The notes: a model not told the origin generated them from the letters alone. Positions 18,184 to 27,838 are shown, counted from the stretch's first letter. The stretch is 64,000 nucleotides of DNA from Thermodesulfobacteriota bacterium (GCA_034189385.1 JAXHVD010000005.1:129906-193905), one strand, 5' to 3'. Translations and numbers: made by a program.

Positions 18184-19334
18184 TGCCTATTCTAAAGGAG
18201 TATGCCGCTGAAGAGATGGAACTCGCGGATCGAATACAAGAAGAAAGCGTGGCATACGCTCAACAAGACACGAATGAGCCCCTTGTCAGAGAGTTGCGGG
18301 TGAGCCGTGGAACAACGAATGAGGCTCGGGCGAAGAAGATGGCCAAACGTGCCGGATTGCCTTTGATTTGGGTGGACGGAGTCCCAGGGTCCAACGGCGA
18401 AAACGGTATAGAGAAGCTTTCTGCTGAGAGGGGCGTCTTGCTGCTAAGGGACAGAAAGAGTCGCTTCATTGAGCAGTTTCAGCATCCCATTGGCCGATGT
18501 GCCAAGTTCTACAAATTGACAGCCTACAACAACTGCAATTTCTGGTGCGAATATTGTTATCTTTATTTGACCTTCCGCACCCAGCCTGTCTCCACTCATT
18601 TCATAAACTATGAAAAAATGTATGACGAGATCGTGAAATTTGACAAATCTCGCGTACCGAGGGCCTTAAGAGTCCTAAACCTTGGTGAACTCGGTGATCC
18701 TTTAGCCGTAGACTACATTACCGGGTTTGCCAAACAAGTTATTCCCTTCGTGCCTAAACACGCCCCACGGACCAAACTTTTGTTTCTGACCAAAAGTGAC
18801 TGTGTGGATGAGATTTTGGAGCTGAACCATGGGGGGCAATCCATTGTGTCGTTCAGTGTCAATACGGAGAAGGTATTTGAGCAGTTGGAGCACAGAACAG
18901 CCTCTCCTGAATCCCGTTTAGCGGCAGCACAAAAGGTCCAAGAAGCGGGCTACGAGGTTCGTTTGAGGATAGACCCGGTTATTCTCTATTCTACCTGGGA
19001 GAAGGATTACATATCGCTGGTCGATAGGATTTTTGAATTTGTTGAGCCGACCAGGATAACCATAGGTGAGTATAGACCGTCCAATGGGCTCGCCAACCAC
19101 ATCAGCTCCCGTTTTCCAGATTCTCCTCTGCTTCGGGTCAACAAAAGCCTGGTCAAGGAGGGGGCAAAACTGAGGTACCCTAAAACGCAGAGGATAAAGA
19201 TGTTCAGGACCATCATTAAAGCCATAAAAAAATATAAAGCCGACATAGATATTGCCCTGTGCAAGGAGCAGCCACACATATGGAAGGCCGTGGGCCTAGA
19301 TGCGAGGGGTCTGTTCTGTAACTGCGTCGCTTAA
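18183..19334 (+). CDS. Spore photoproduct lyase-like radical SAM protein
   Basis: CNFWCEYCYL (CX3CX2C), LGELGDPLA, LLFLTKS, SFSVN..LEHRTAS.ESRL.AA..VQEAGY.V...IDPVI and ALCKE; TGATG overlap with tcmP. Confidence 0.85.
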   Translation: MPILKEYAAEEMELADRIQEESVAYAQQDTNEPLVRELRVSRGTTNEARAKKMAKRAGLPLIWVDGVPGSNGENGIEKLSAERGVLLLRDRKSRFIEQFQHPIGRCAKFYKLTAYNNCNFWCEYCYLYLTFRTQPVSTHFINYEKMYDEIVKFDKSRVPRALRVLNLGELGDPLAVDYITGFAKQVIPFVPKHAPRTKLLFLTKSDCVDEILELNHGGQSIVSFSVNTEKVFEQLEHRTASPESRLAAAQKVQEAGYEVRLRIDPVILYSTWEKDYISLVDRIFEFVEPTRITIGEYRPSNGLANHISSRFPDSPLLRVNKSLVKEGAKLRYPKTQRIKMFRTIIKAIKKYKADIDIALCKEQPHIWKAVGLDARGLFCNCVA

Positions 19335-19449
19335 ATGGCTGGACAGAATCTGTGGTTTGAAGCCTCTCAGAAGACATATAGGAGTGGTATTAGGGTGAAG
19401 GAAGCGCGTTTCATGGAAAAGAGGCACGAAGAAGAAAGGGTGAGGCCGC

Positions 19450-19492
19450 CAGGGTTTGGGCCAAAGTTAATGTGGAAAAGTAAAGGGTGTCC
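19450..19492 (+). repeat. Breakpoint-associated motif, copy 2
   Basis: CAGGGTTTGGGCCAAAGTTAATGTGGAAAAGTAAAGGGTGTCC, followed by a partial tandem AAGGGCGTCCCGAAAGTC. Confidence 0.85.
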
Positions 19493-19526
19493 TGAAAGTC
19501 TCCCTGTGAAGGGCGTCCCGAAAGTC

Positions 19527-19565
19527 CTCGCTACACTCGGCGGCCCCTGAACTCCAAAGTTCGGG
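19527..19565 (+). repeat. 3' half of a degenerate integron attC-like site
   Basis: CTCGCTACACTCGGCGGCCCCTGAACTCCAAAGTTCGGG ends in a GTT core 10 nt before the next ATG. Confidence 0.5.
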
Positions 19566-19575
19566 ATCAATAGAA

Positions 19576-20439
19576 ATGAATGGATACGACTACATCTTGT
19601 CAAAGCAAACGGCATGGGCGGCCAATTTTGGCCTTACCCTGGTTGGAAGCAAAGGAAGGCGCGGATGCCCTGCTTACACTCGTAAATTGGATCAGAACCT
19701 CTTTCAACCACTTTTGCCGGATGTTCGGAAGTCATTTGCCGCTGGGGATGGTGGCGAACTCGGTTCAACGGGGTTTCCCGGCAAGATGCAGGCTGTCCAT
19801 TCCTCCTCGGCGCTTGGAATCAATGTTTTTCAATACTGGAAATCGATAAACGCAGTCCCGGTAATTGCAGCCCAATGTGGCCTCTGCCGTGTGGGGTCGC
19901 AGGTGCCAAGTGACATACATTTTGAGGAGAAGTATCCTGTCAACGACAAATTTGGTTATCACCCGAACATCGACGTAGTGATCCACAACGCACCATCGGC
20001 AAAAATCAAGAGGTTCGCAATCGAATGCAAGTTTTCTGAAGCATACGGTGCTCACAATCATGGCGGACTCAAGGCAAAGTACCTCAACCTTGATGATATC
20101 TGGGAAGGCATTCCCAATTTGCTGGACTTTGCAAGGCATATATCACCCGATGACCATGAATTTGTTCAGCTGCACCCAGCCCAACTTGTGAAGCATATCC
20201 TTGGTCTAAAGCGGCAGTTCGGAAAGGCTGGCTTCCGTCTGCTGTACCTTTGGTACGATGTCCTCGGCGACCAAGGGAAGCGGCATCGGGATGAGGTTTT
20301 GAAGTTTGCCGAAGTTACTAAAACCGATGGCATCAAATTTCACTCGCTCACCTATCAGGAATTGATTTCTAATTTGGCAAAAAAATTGAGAACGGAACAC
20401 CCAGATTATATACGGTATCTTACCGCGCGATACTTGTAA
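19576..20439 (+). CDS. Putative PD-(D/E)XK restriction-type endonuclease (PGN_0703-like)
   Basis: HSSSALGINVF, FEEK, PNIDVV...AIECKFSE and AQLVKHILG. Confidence 0.7.
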   Translation: MNGYDYILSKQTAWAANFGLTLVGSKGRRGCPAYTRKLDQNLFQPLLPDVRKSFAAGDGGELGSTGFPGKMQAVHSSSALGINVFQYWKSINAVPVIAAQCGLCRVGSQVPSDIHFEEKYPVNDKFGYHPNIDVVIHNAPSAKIKRFAIECKFSEAYGAHNHGGLKAKYLNLDDIWEGIPNLLDFARHISPDDHEFVQLHPAQLVKHILGLKRQFGKAGFRLLYLWYDVLGDQGKRHRDEVLKFAEVTKTDGIKFHSLTYQELISNLAKKLRTEHPDYIRYLTARYL

Positions 20440-20466
20440 GAAGAATGGTTTGTCTTACCTGGGAAT

Positions 20467-20537
20467 TCACAACCACACCTTGTACTTCACGGCTATCCCG
20501 CTGGGGTCCATAGCCGCAAGTGAAGGCCACATTGACT
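20467..20537 (+). repeat. Degenerate integron attC-like site
   Basis: TCACAAC...CCTTGTACTTCACGGCTAT-CCCGCTGGGGTCC-ATAGCCGCAAGTGAAGG..ATTGACT; imperfect palindrome between two co-oriented genes; final GTT core mutated. Confidence 0.6.
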
Positions 20538-20563
20538 CGACACGATAACGAAAGGAGTGTGCT

Positions 20564-22372
20564 GTGTTCCTTACGAAACTTCGAGTCGTGAACTTCCGCT
20601 CGATTCGGGACACCTCGACCTTACCAGTATCACGGCTTCTATCCCTGATCGGAGAGAATAATTCCGGGAAGTCAAACATCATGGCGGCTGTGCAATTGCT
20701 CATGAGTGCCGGCAAAGGCGGCATTGGTAAGGGCGACTTCAATGATCCTGGGGTGCCCATCACTATAACTGGAACCTTCTCCGAGTTGACTAACGGAGAG
20801 AAGCAACGCTGGCAGAAGTACCTCGTTGGCGGTGAACTAATCCTTGAGAAAAGGCTGACAATTGAGACAGATTCGAACACAGGCAAAGAAAAGGTGTCTG
20901 GAGAGTTTCATGGGTACACTGCAGAGCCTAAAGAGTGGTTTCTATCACCTGCGAAGATAGAAGAGAAGGAGGGCGCTCGACCGAAGTGGGTGGACATCGT
21001 GCAAGCCAATGGCTTGCCAGACTACTTCCTGAAAGACGGCAAATGCAACAAGTCACAGTTCATCAGCTCTCTAAAACGATACCTTACAGAGAATTCCGTT
21101 GAATACGAGGAGCCAGATCTCAGCGTGACACAGGCTCTCGGACTGGAGAGTAACGTCATTGCCTCTCTGCCTACGGTGCACTTCCTCCGCGCCATCACGG
21201 ACTACAGCGACGAAATTGATAAGCGATCGTCTACGACTACTTTCCGTCGCCTCATGGGCGATCTCTCGGAGCGGATTCTTAAAAATGATCCGGACTACGG
21301 CAAGATTGAGGAGGCACTTCGGCAGATCCGTTCTCTGCTCAATGCCCCTGGAGACGATGCGGGCTCACCACGGCTCAAGGCGCTTTCGACCATTGAGACT
21401 AAGATAACCGAATTACTCAAAAAACTGATGCCATCCGTAATGTGCATTTCGATGTCAGTAGATGTCGACGATATAAAGGACATGTTCTCTGGAGGGATTT
21501 CTCTCGCGGTCAATGACGGAATTGAGACTGATGTGTTGGCGAAAGGCCACGGTTTGCAGCGATGCATAGTTTTTACGCTTCTCCAGACGCTGATCATGAA
21601 CGAACGCGAGCAGCTTGTTCCTGGTGCTGAACAGCCACCGGATACATCGAGTATCATATTAGCTATCGAAGAGCCAGAGCTATACATCCATCCACAGCTT
21701 GCGAAGCTTTTCTACGATGTCATGAAGGAGTTTTCTGTTTCAGATCAAGTCATCTATGCAACCCATTCGCCTCTTTTTGTTGATGCTTTTGAGCACGACA
21801 GTATTGCCATTGTAACAAAACCTTCGATTGAGACGGGAACTGTTGTCACGACGTGCGATTCTACAGCTTTCGATGGCCTGGATGACCGCAAGGTTTTCAA
21901 GGGCCTCACCAGACTCAATCCAGCAGTCAACGAGATGTTCTTCGCCAAGCGGGTCCTTCTAGTAGAAGGACCAGAGGACCAAATCGCAGTGAGCGCCTAT
22001 CTCCTGAACGAAGGAAGGATCCAGAACCGAATCGAGGAACTGGACTGGTCAATCATTGTGGCAGGGGGCAAGGCTGCGATTCCGTTCTTCCAGCGCGTGC
22101 TTAACGCGTTTGCCATCCCATACGTAGTGCTCCATGATCTGGACATTAATCCTGATATGAATGCTAACGACGTCGGAACGCACAAGAAGACCAACCAAAC
22201 CATTGCCCAGCTTGCCGGCGCAAATCGTGTGGTAACGTTTCCGGTCAAACTTGAGAGATCTCTCGGCATAGAGGGCCATCTGCGGGACCAGTATCGGGCA
22301 CATCAGTTCTTTCAGCCCGCTGAGAATATGACTGAAGAATTCCGCAACGTGGTAGCGTCGGTATTTGAATAA
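20564..22372 (+). CDS. OLD-family ATP-dependent endonuclease (ABC ATPase + TOPRIM)
   Basis: NFRSI, IGENNSGKSNI, KGHGLQR, AIEEPELYIHP, ATHSP, LLVEGPED and VLHDLD. Confidence 0.9.
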   Translation: MFLTKLRVVNFRSIRDTSTLPVSRLLSLIGENNSGKSNIMAAVQLLMSAGKGGIGKGDFNDPGVPITITGTFSELTNGEKQRWQKYLVGGELILEKRLTIETDSNTGKEKVSGEFHGYTAEPKEWFLSPAKIEEKEGARPKWVDIVQANGLPDYFLKDGKCNKSQFISSLKRYLTENSVEYEEPDLSVTQALGLESNVIASLPTVHFLRAITDYSDEIDKRSSTTTFRRLMGDLSERILKNDPDYGKIEEALRQIRSLLNAPGDDAGSPRLKALSTIETKITELLKKLMPSVMCISMSVDVDDIKDMFSGGISLAVNDGIETDVLAKGHGLQRCIVFTLLQTLIMNEREQLVPGAEQPPDTSSIILAIEEPELYIHPQLAKLFYDVMKEFSVSDQVIYATHSPLFVDAFEHDSIAIVTKPSIETGTVVTTCDSTAFDGLDDRKVFKGLTRLNPAVNEMFFAKRVLLVEGPEDQIAVSAYLLNEGRIQNRIEELDWSIIVAGGKAAIPFFQRVLNAFAIPYVVLHDLDINPDMNANDVGTHKKTNQTIAQLAGANRVVTFPVKLERSLGIEGHLRDQYRAHQFFQPAENMTEEFRNVVASVFE

Positions 22373-22377
22373 CAGGA

Positions 22378-22438
22378 GGCCAACAAGCCGGATGCAGGCG
22401 ACGGGAAAAAGCCGCGTCCCTGATTAGAATAGTAGGAC
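22378..22438 (+). repeat. Degenerate integron attC-like site
   Basis: GGCCAACAAGCCGGATGCAGGCGACGG...CCGCGTCCCTGAT...GTAGGAC, 5 nt after the OLD stop codon. Confidence 0.55.
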
Positions 22439-22466
22439 ATCTTTATTTTCAAACGGTGAAGTGACC

Positions 22467-23732
22467 ATGTTCAAATTCATTCACGCAGCCGATGCGCATT
22501 TGGACAGCCCGTTGCGGGGTCTGTCTCGTTATGAATCTGCGCCTGCGGAAGCCATTCGTGATGCGTGCCGCAGGGCTTTCGAGAATCTCGTAGATCTGGC
22601 CATTGAAGAGAAAGTCTCGTTTGTCTTGTTGGCCGGGGATCTTTATGACGGTGACTGGAAGGATTACAGTACCGGCATATTCCTTAGCCGGCAGATGGGC
22701 CGACTGGGCCGGCACGATATTTCGGTTTTTGCTGTTGCTGGAAACCACGATGCCGCCAATCGCATGACTAAAGCCCTTGATAGTCCCGCCAACATGAAGT
22801 TCTTGTCGTCCCGGAAAGTTGAAAAAGTGAGGTTGGATGCGTTGGGCGTAGTGATTCATGGGCGGAGTTTTGGCACACAGCACGTCGAGGAAAACCTCGC
22901 GGCAGGCTTTGGTGCCGGCGACAAAGGCATGTTCAACATTGGTCTGTTGCACACCAGCTTGGATGGCCGAGAAGGCCATGAGGTGTATGCTCCTTGTACG
23001 GAAGATGATCTGCGTTCAAAAGGCTACCAATACTGGGCGTTGGGGCATGTGCACAAGCAGGAATTTGTTTCCGAAGACCCGTGGATCGTGTTCCCCGGCT
23101 GTATTCAGGGCCGTCATATTCGAGAAACCGGTGCCAAAGGGTGTGTACTCGTCACCGTGGAAGACGGTGCTGTGATTGCAGTGGACAGGTGCCCGTTGGA
23201 TGTGTTGCGTTGGGTTGCGTGCAGTGTGGATCTGACAGATGCCAATGACATGCGAGACGTCCTTGAACGCGCTCGGAAATCGATTGAAAACGAAAGGACA
23301 TCAGCTGCCGGACGACCCATAGCCATGCGCATCCGCTTTGAAGGGGCTGCGCCCATATCCGATGATCTGGCAGCGTATCCAGAACGATTTGAGCAACAGA
23401 TCAGGGCGCTTGGCGCGGAAATCGCCGGGGATGATTTGTGGATAGAGAGAGTGGAAAATGCGGCTGTAGGCAAACTCGATTTGGAATCCACGTTGTCCGA
23501 TGACAGCGCATTCGGAAAGCTCCTGAAGAACATACTGGCCACACCGGAAAATCCAGATGAGATAGAAGGCCTTGAAGACGTGATTGGCGATCTCAGGCAG
23601 AAGATGCCGGTAGAGGCCTTTGGGGCGGACTCGGTCCTCAATCTTGATGAACATCAAACTGTCGTGCGTTTGGTTGAAGAGGCCAAGCATATGTTGGTTG
23701 GAAGGTTGTTGCGGGCGGGAGGGGCCAAATGA
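22467..23732 (+). CDS. YhaO/SbcD-Mre11-like metallophosphoesterase DNA exonuclease
   Basis: FIHAADAHLDSP, LAGDLYD, GNHD, IGLLH, YWALGHVH and PGCIQGRHIRETGAKG. Confidence 0.92.
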   Translation: MFKFIHAADAHLDSPLRGLSRYESAPAEAIRDACRRAFENLVDLAIEEKVSFVLLAGDLYDGDWKDYSTGIFLSRQMGRLGRHDISVFAVAGNHDAANRMTKALDSPANMKFLSSRKVEKVRLDALGVVIHGRSFGTQHVEENLAAGFGAGDKGMFNIGLLHTSLDGREGHEVYAPCTEDDLRSKGYQYWALGHVHKQEFVSEDPWIVFPGCIQGRHIRETGAKGCVLVTVEDGAVIAVDRCPLDVLRWVACSVDLTDANDMRDVLERARKSIENERTSAAGRPIAMRIRFEGAAPISDDLAAYPERFEQQIRALGAEIAGDDLWIERVENAAVGKLDLESTLSDDSAFGKLLKNILATPENPDEIEGLEDVIGDLRQKMPVEAFGADSVLNLDEHQTVVRLVEEAKHMLVGRLLRAGGAK

Positions 23733-26700
23733 GAATCGACCGCCTTGATTTGATTGCCTACGGCCCCTTCACAAATAAGTCATTGGATCTATCAGAAGGC
23801 GCTTCAGGACTTCACTTAATATACGGAGACAATGAAGCGGGGAAGAGTACCTCATTGAGGGCTCTCATCGCATGGTTGTTTGGCATTCCAGCCCGTACCA
23901 GCGACAATTTCCTTTTCAAAAATCCGCAACTGCGAATCGGCGGAAAACTCAGGCTTTCAGGCGGCAAAGAAATAGAATTCGTACGCAGGAAGGGAACAAA
24001 AGGCACGTTGTTGGACCCTCGCACCGATGCTGCCCTGGACGATTCGGTCTTGTTGCCGTTCTTACCGGGTGGCATCGATGAAAATCTCTTCAAGACATTG
24101 TATGGCATAGACCATGGCAGATTGGTAGCCGGCGGCCAGGAGCTGTTGAGCCAATCAGGTGATCTTGGTCAGGCACTCTTCAGCGCAGCGGTAGGGACTG
24201 CCGGTCTCCGGGAAATATTGTCCGATTTGCAAAATGGTGCTGAGGAACTTTTCAAGCCCAAGGCTTCTACGAAATTGGTGAACCGGGCCATATCCAGTTT
24301 GAAAGAAGCAAAAAAGCGGATCAAGGATGCGACTCTTCCTGTTGCAGAATGGAAAAGACTGCAAAAAGAACTTGCCGATACCATTTCCGCCATTCAACGC
24401 GTTGAGGAAGAAATCAATGAGAAAGGCAAAGAAAAGAGCCGATTGGACAGACTCAATCGCGTAAAGGGAGCCTTGGCTGAGCGCCGTGCCGTCATGGCTC
24501 GTATTGAACAATTGGGAGACATATTGCTTCTCCCGGAGGACTTTCTCGACAAACGCAAAACCGCCAGTAACACTCTGCAAAGTGCCATGGAAGCCAAGGA
24601 AAGAGCTGAAGCCAAGCTCTCCCGCCTAAAAGAAGAATCACAAAATTTGAATGTCCGCAACGAATTGCTGGAAAACGAAGAGGCCATTCTGGCCCTTTAC
24701 AAAGACCTGGGAGCCGTCGAAAAAGCGACCAAAGATCGGCCACAGCAAGATGGAAAACGGCGCGAGTTGCGCAACGACGCAGAGCGATTGCTGAAAGGGG
24801 TCCGTCCCGATGTCGGTATCGATGATTCCGACCAGCTGCGGCTGCTGATCAACAACAAGAAGTGGATTTCCGGTTTGGCCCAGAAGCACAGCCTCCTTAA
24901 TCAAAAGAAAAAAAAGGCCGAGGCCACACTGCGCGATATCAAAGACGAACGAGCGGCAATCAAGAAGAAACTGGGGGAACAGGCGCAATCGCATCTAGAC
25001 TTGAACGAACTCAAGGCGGCGGTGACAGCCGCCCGCAAGGCCGGGAACCTGGAGCAGCGATTGGCCGAAGCACAAAAACGCGCCCTAGATGAGAATGGGG
25101 CCTATGAGCGTGAGTTTTCCAGGCTTGGAAGATTCTCCGGAACCATGAAAAGGCTTTTGGAAGTTGCCATGCCCGTGTCAGAAACCCTGGACGCATTTGA
25201 GAGGCGGTTTGACAAATTGGCCCAAAAAATCAGGGACTTTGGCCGCAGGCAAAAGGAACTGGAAAAAGAGCAGAAACAGACAGAACAGGACTTAAAAGCG
25301 CTGTTGTTGACAAGTGATGTGCCCAACATTTCAGAGCTTGAAGAATCGCGCTCGGTTCGAAACTCTGGATGGAACCTTATCAAACAAAAGTACATACAGG
25401 AACTGGATGTGGAAGAGGAGATCGAGGCGTTTGTGTCGGATTCCGACCTGCCGACATTATATGAACAAAAAGTCGAGGCTGCAGATCACGTATCGGATCG
25501 ACTTCGGCTTGCCGCAGACCAGGTAGTGAAACGGGCGGATCTGGAGGCAAAGACTTCAAGCCTGAAATCCCGTCACCACGACATGACCGAAGAAGTCAGA
25601 AAAGCGAATGAGGCCAAGGAAGCAAACGAGAAGGGCTGGAGCAGTATTTGGGCGCCATTGGGGATAGACCCCGGAACGCCAAGGGAGATGAAACAATGGC
25701 TTCTCAGAGTGGATAAGCTTCTGGCAAACGTTCAGGCAGCCAATACTGTTTCCGGGGATGCAAAGAAACTGACCGAGGATTGTAAGGACCTGAAGGCATC
25801 TGTTTCCTTGCAGATATCAAAATTCGATGAATCCATAGACCTCCAAGAGATGAGCCTTGAGGCCATGATTAGCCTTTGCGAGCAGCGAATCGAGCTGGAA
25901 GAAGCGGTTCTCGAACGGAAACGCCAATTAGAACATTCGCTGGACAATGCAGAAAAACGTATCCAAAGAGCCCATGAAGAGCTCACCTCCATCGAGAACG
26001 ATCGCGCCAGCTGGGCCGGAGAATGGCGTCAGGCCATCGAGGGCCTGGGGCTGAAACCTGAAGTCCATCCGGAGCAAGCAACCGAGGCATTTGATCAGCT
26101 ATTGGCGTTTTTTGACAAATTCGACAAATCAGAAGAGCTGCGCAGGCGCATTTACGGAATGGACCGGGACGCAAAGGAATTTGAGAAAAAAGTGTTCGCA
26201 TTCGCCGACAGTGTTGGCTTTAAAAGAGACGGCCAGGAGGCGAACACGATTGCAGCTCAATTGAACCGTGACCTCAGTGAATCTCGGGAAGCACGGGCGA
26301 GCCTCAAAAAAATAGAGACCCAGAAAAAAGAGATAAAGGAAGAGATCGAAGAGGCTGACATAACGATTCGAACGGCCCTGGACCAGCTTGCTTCATTGCG
26401 GGACCAGGCTAATGTGGAAACAGACGATGCGCTGGAATCGGCCGGCGAGAATTCTCGAAAAATGCGTGAACTGAAGCAGAAGATCGAAACACTTGAACAA
26501 GAACTTTCACGCAATGGAGATGGTTTGAGTATCCAAGAACTGGAGCAAGAAGCTGGCGAGGCGGATGTGGATGCCATCGAGGGTGAACTGGAAAGGGTTT
26601 CCTCCGAACTCAAAGAAATCCAGGAAAAGCGAGACATCCTTCGGGACCAACGCCAAACGCTTCAAAACGAGATACAGACAAAGGATGGCAGTGCCGCGGC

Positions 26701-27244
26701 CGCTAGCGCATCCGAGGAAGCAGAGCAGCTTCTAGCCACCATGGTTTCCGGCGCAGAGCAGTACCTCCGCCTGAAAATCGCTGCGCTCATCCTTGAACAG
26801 CGAATAGAGGACTATCGGAAGAAAAACCAGGCTCCAGTTCTGGCCAGGGCTGGCGAACTATTTTCCAAACTCACCCTGGAGTCTTATGCGAATCTTCGGG
26901 ATGAATTGGACGACAAAGGGAAACCCGTCCTGCTGGGTGTTCGTCCAAACGATGTCGAAGTGTCCGTTGACGGCATGAGCGATGGAACCCGCGATCAACT
27001 CTACCTGTCGCTTCGCCTTGCGACTCTTGAGCAACACCTGAGTAAGGGAGAGCCCATGCCGTTCGTGGTTGACGATATCCTAATCGGCTTTGACGATAAT
27101 CGTACAAGGGTCTGCCTTGAGGTCCTCACTGAATTGGCGCTCAGTACCCAGGTCTTGCTTTTCACCCACCACAAGAGGGTTGTTGAGCTGGCCGGCAATC
27201 TCGAAGCGAGGGCCGGAATTTATGAGCATGAGTTGACCTTATAG
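23729..27244 (+). CDS. YhaN/AAA_27 SMC-like (Rad50/SbcC-like) ATPase
   Basis: IYGDNEAGKST, long coiled coil, MSDGTRDQLYLSLRLA, PFVVDDILIGFDD and QVLLFTHH. Confidence 0.92.
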   Translation: MRIDRLDLIAYGPFTNKSLDLSEGASGLHLIYGDNEAGKSTSLRALIAWLFGIPARTSDNFLFKNPQLRIGGKLRLSGGKEIEFVRRKGTKGTLLDPRTDAALDDSVLLPFLPGGIDENLFKTLYGIDHGRLVAGGQELLSQSGDLGQALFSAAVGTAGLREILSDLQNGAEELFKPKASTKLVNRAISSLKEAKKRIKDATLPVAEWKRLQKELADTISAIQRVEEEINEKGKEKSRLDRLNRVKGALAERRAVMARIEQLGDILLLPEDFLDKRKTASNTLQSAMEAKERAEAKLSRLKEESQNLNVRNELLENEEAILALYKDLGAVEKATKDRPQQDGKRRELRNDAERLLKGVRPDVGIDDSDQLRLLINNKKWISGLAQKHSLLNQKKKKAEATLRDIKDERAAIKKKLGEQAQSHLDLNELKAAVTAARKAGNLEQRLAEAQKRALDENGAYEREFSRLGRFSGTMKRLLEVAMPVSETLDAFERRFDKLAQKIRDFGRRQKELEKEQKQTEQDLKALLLTSDVPNISELEESRSVRNSGWNLIKQKYIQELDVEEEIEAFVSDSDLPTLYEQKVEAADHVSDRLRLAADQVVKRADLEAKTSSLKSRHHDMTEEVRKANEAKEANEKGWSSIWAPLGIDPGTPREMKQWLLRVDKLLANVQAANTVSGDAKKLTEDCKDLKASVSLQISKFDESIDLQEMSLEAMISLCEQRIELEEAVLERKRQLEHSLDNAEKRIQRAHEELTSIENDRASWAGEWRQAIEGLGLKPEVHPEQATEAFDQLLAFFDKFDKSEELRRRIYGMDRDAKEFEKKVFAFADSVGFKRDGQEANTIAAQLNRDLSESREARASLKKIETQKKEIKEEIEEADITIRTALDQLASLRDQANVETDDALESAGENSRKMRELKQKIETLEQELSRNGDGLSIQELEQEAGEADVDAIEGELERVSSELKEIQEKRDILRDQRQTLQNEIQTKDGSAAAASASEEAEQLLATMVSGAEQYLRLKIAALILEQRIEDYRKKNQAPVLARAGELFSKLTLESYANLRDELDDKGKPVLLGVRPNDVEVSVDGMSDGTRDQLYLSLRLATLEQHLSKGEPMPFVVDDILIGFDDNRTRVCLEVLTELALSTQVLLFTHHKRVVELAGNLEARAGIYEHELTL

Positions 27245-27385
27245 TACTCTTGCGGGGAAAAGTGAGGAAAAGTCCGGAGGCCCTGCGGGACAATGGTGAA
27301 AGGTTGACATGTTGGGCCGGAGAGAAGTAGGGGCCTTCTGACGGCCCCTACGGGGGGATGACGTTCAAGACTAGACAGAAGGGGA

Positions 27386-27407
27386 AATGTGGAAAAGTAA
27401 AGGATGT
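27386..27407 (+). repeat. Breakpoint-associated motif, copy 3 (core)
   Basis: AATGTGGAAAAGTAAAGGATGT, identical to the core of copy 1. Confidence 0.8.
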
Positions 27408-27409
27408 GC

Positions 27410-27773
27410 CCAAAATGATGCCAGGGAAAACGGAAACGCCGCACCGACGTGGATGGAACAAGCCGGGTCGGTATTTGTGACTTTTAAGCCGTCACCACTA
27501 ATTGAGACCCCGGAAGTCGCCCCGGAAGTCACCCCGGAAGTACGGCTATTAAAAGCGCTAACCACTGACATGAGTCGACAGGAGCTTCAGGCGGCTTTGG
27601 GGATGAAAGATAATGAGCACTTCCGCAAGGCCTATCTTTTGCCAATGCTTGAAAGAGGGCTCATCGAGATGACCATCCCGGACAAGCCTAGAAGCAGTAA
27701 ACAGAAATACCGGCTGACGGACGCCGGGCGTAAGGTTCTGGAACCACGAAACACGCGAACCACACGAAAATGA
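27410..27773 (+). pseudogene. C-terminal HTH fragment of a Fic/Schlafen-ATPase-type protein
   Basis: TPEVAPEVTPEV 12-bp repeats; MSRQELQAALGMKDNEHFRKAYL...IEMTIPDKPRSSKQKYRLT. Confidence 0.7.
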
Positions 27774-27838
27774 AAGAGATACTTCACAAGGATAAAGTAT
27801 ATGCCATTAACGGGGCTGGTGGATCCGAAAGCAAGTAA
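27770..27838 (+). pseudogene. N-terminal stub of a GxxExxY-family protein
   Basis: MKEILHKDKVYAINGA followed soon by a stop; preceded by CACGAAACA/CGCGAACCA/CACGAAA 9-mer repeats. Confidence 0.5.

Noticed and set aside
20564..27244. Gabija or Wadjet system
   Set aside because: No UvrD-like GajB follows OLD, and the SMC-like gene is paired with a phosphoesterase rather than JetA/B/D.
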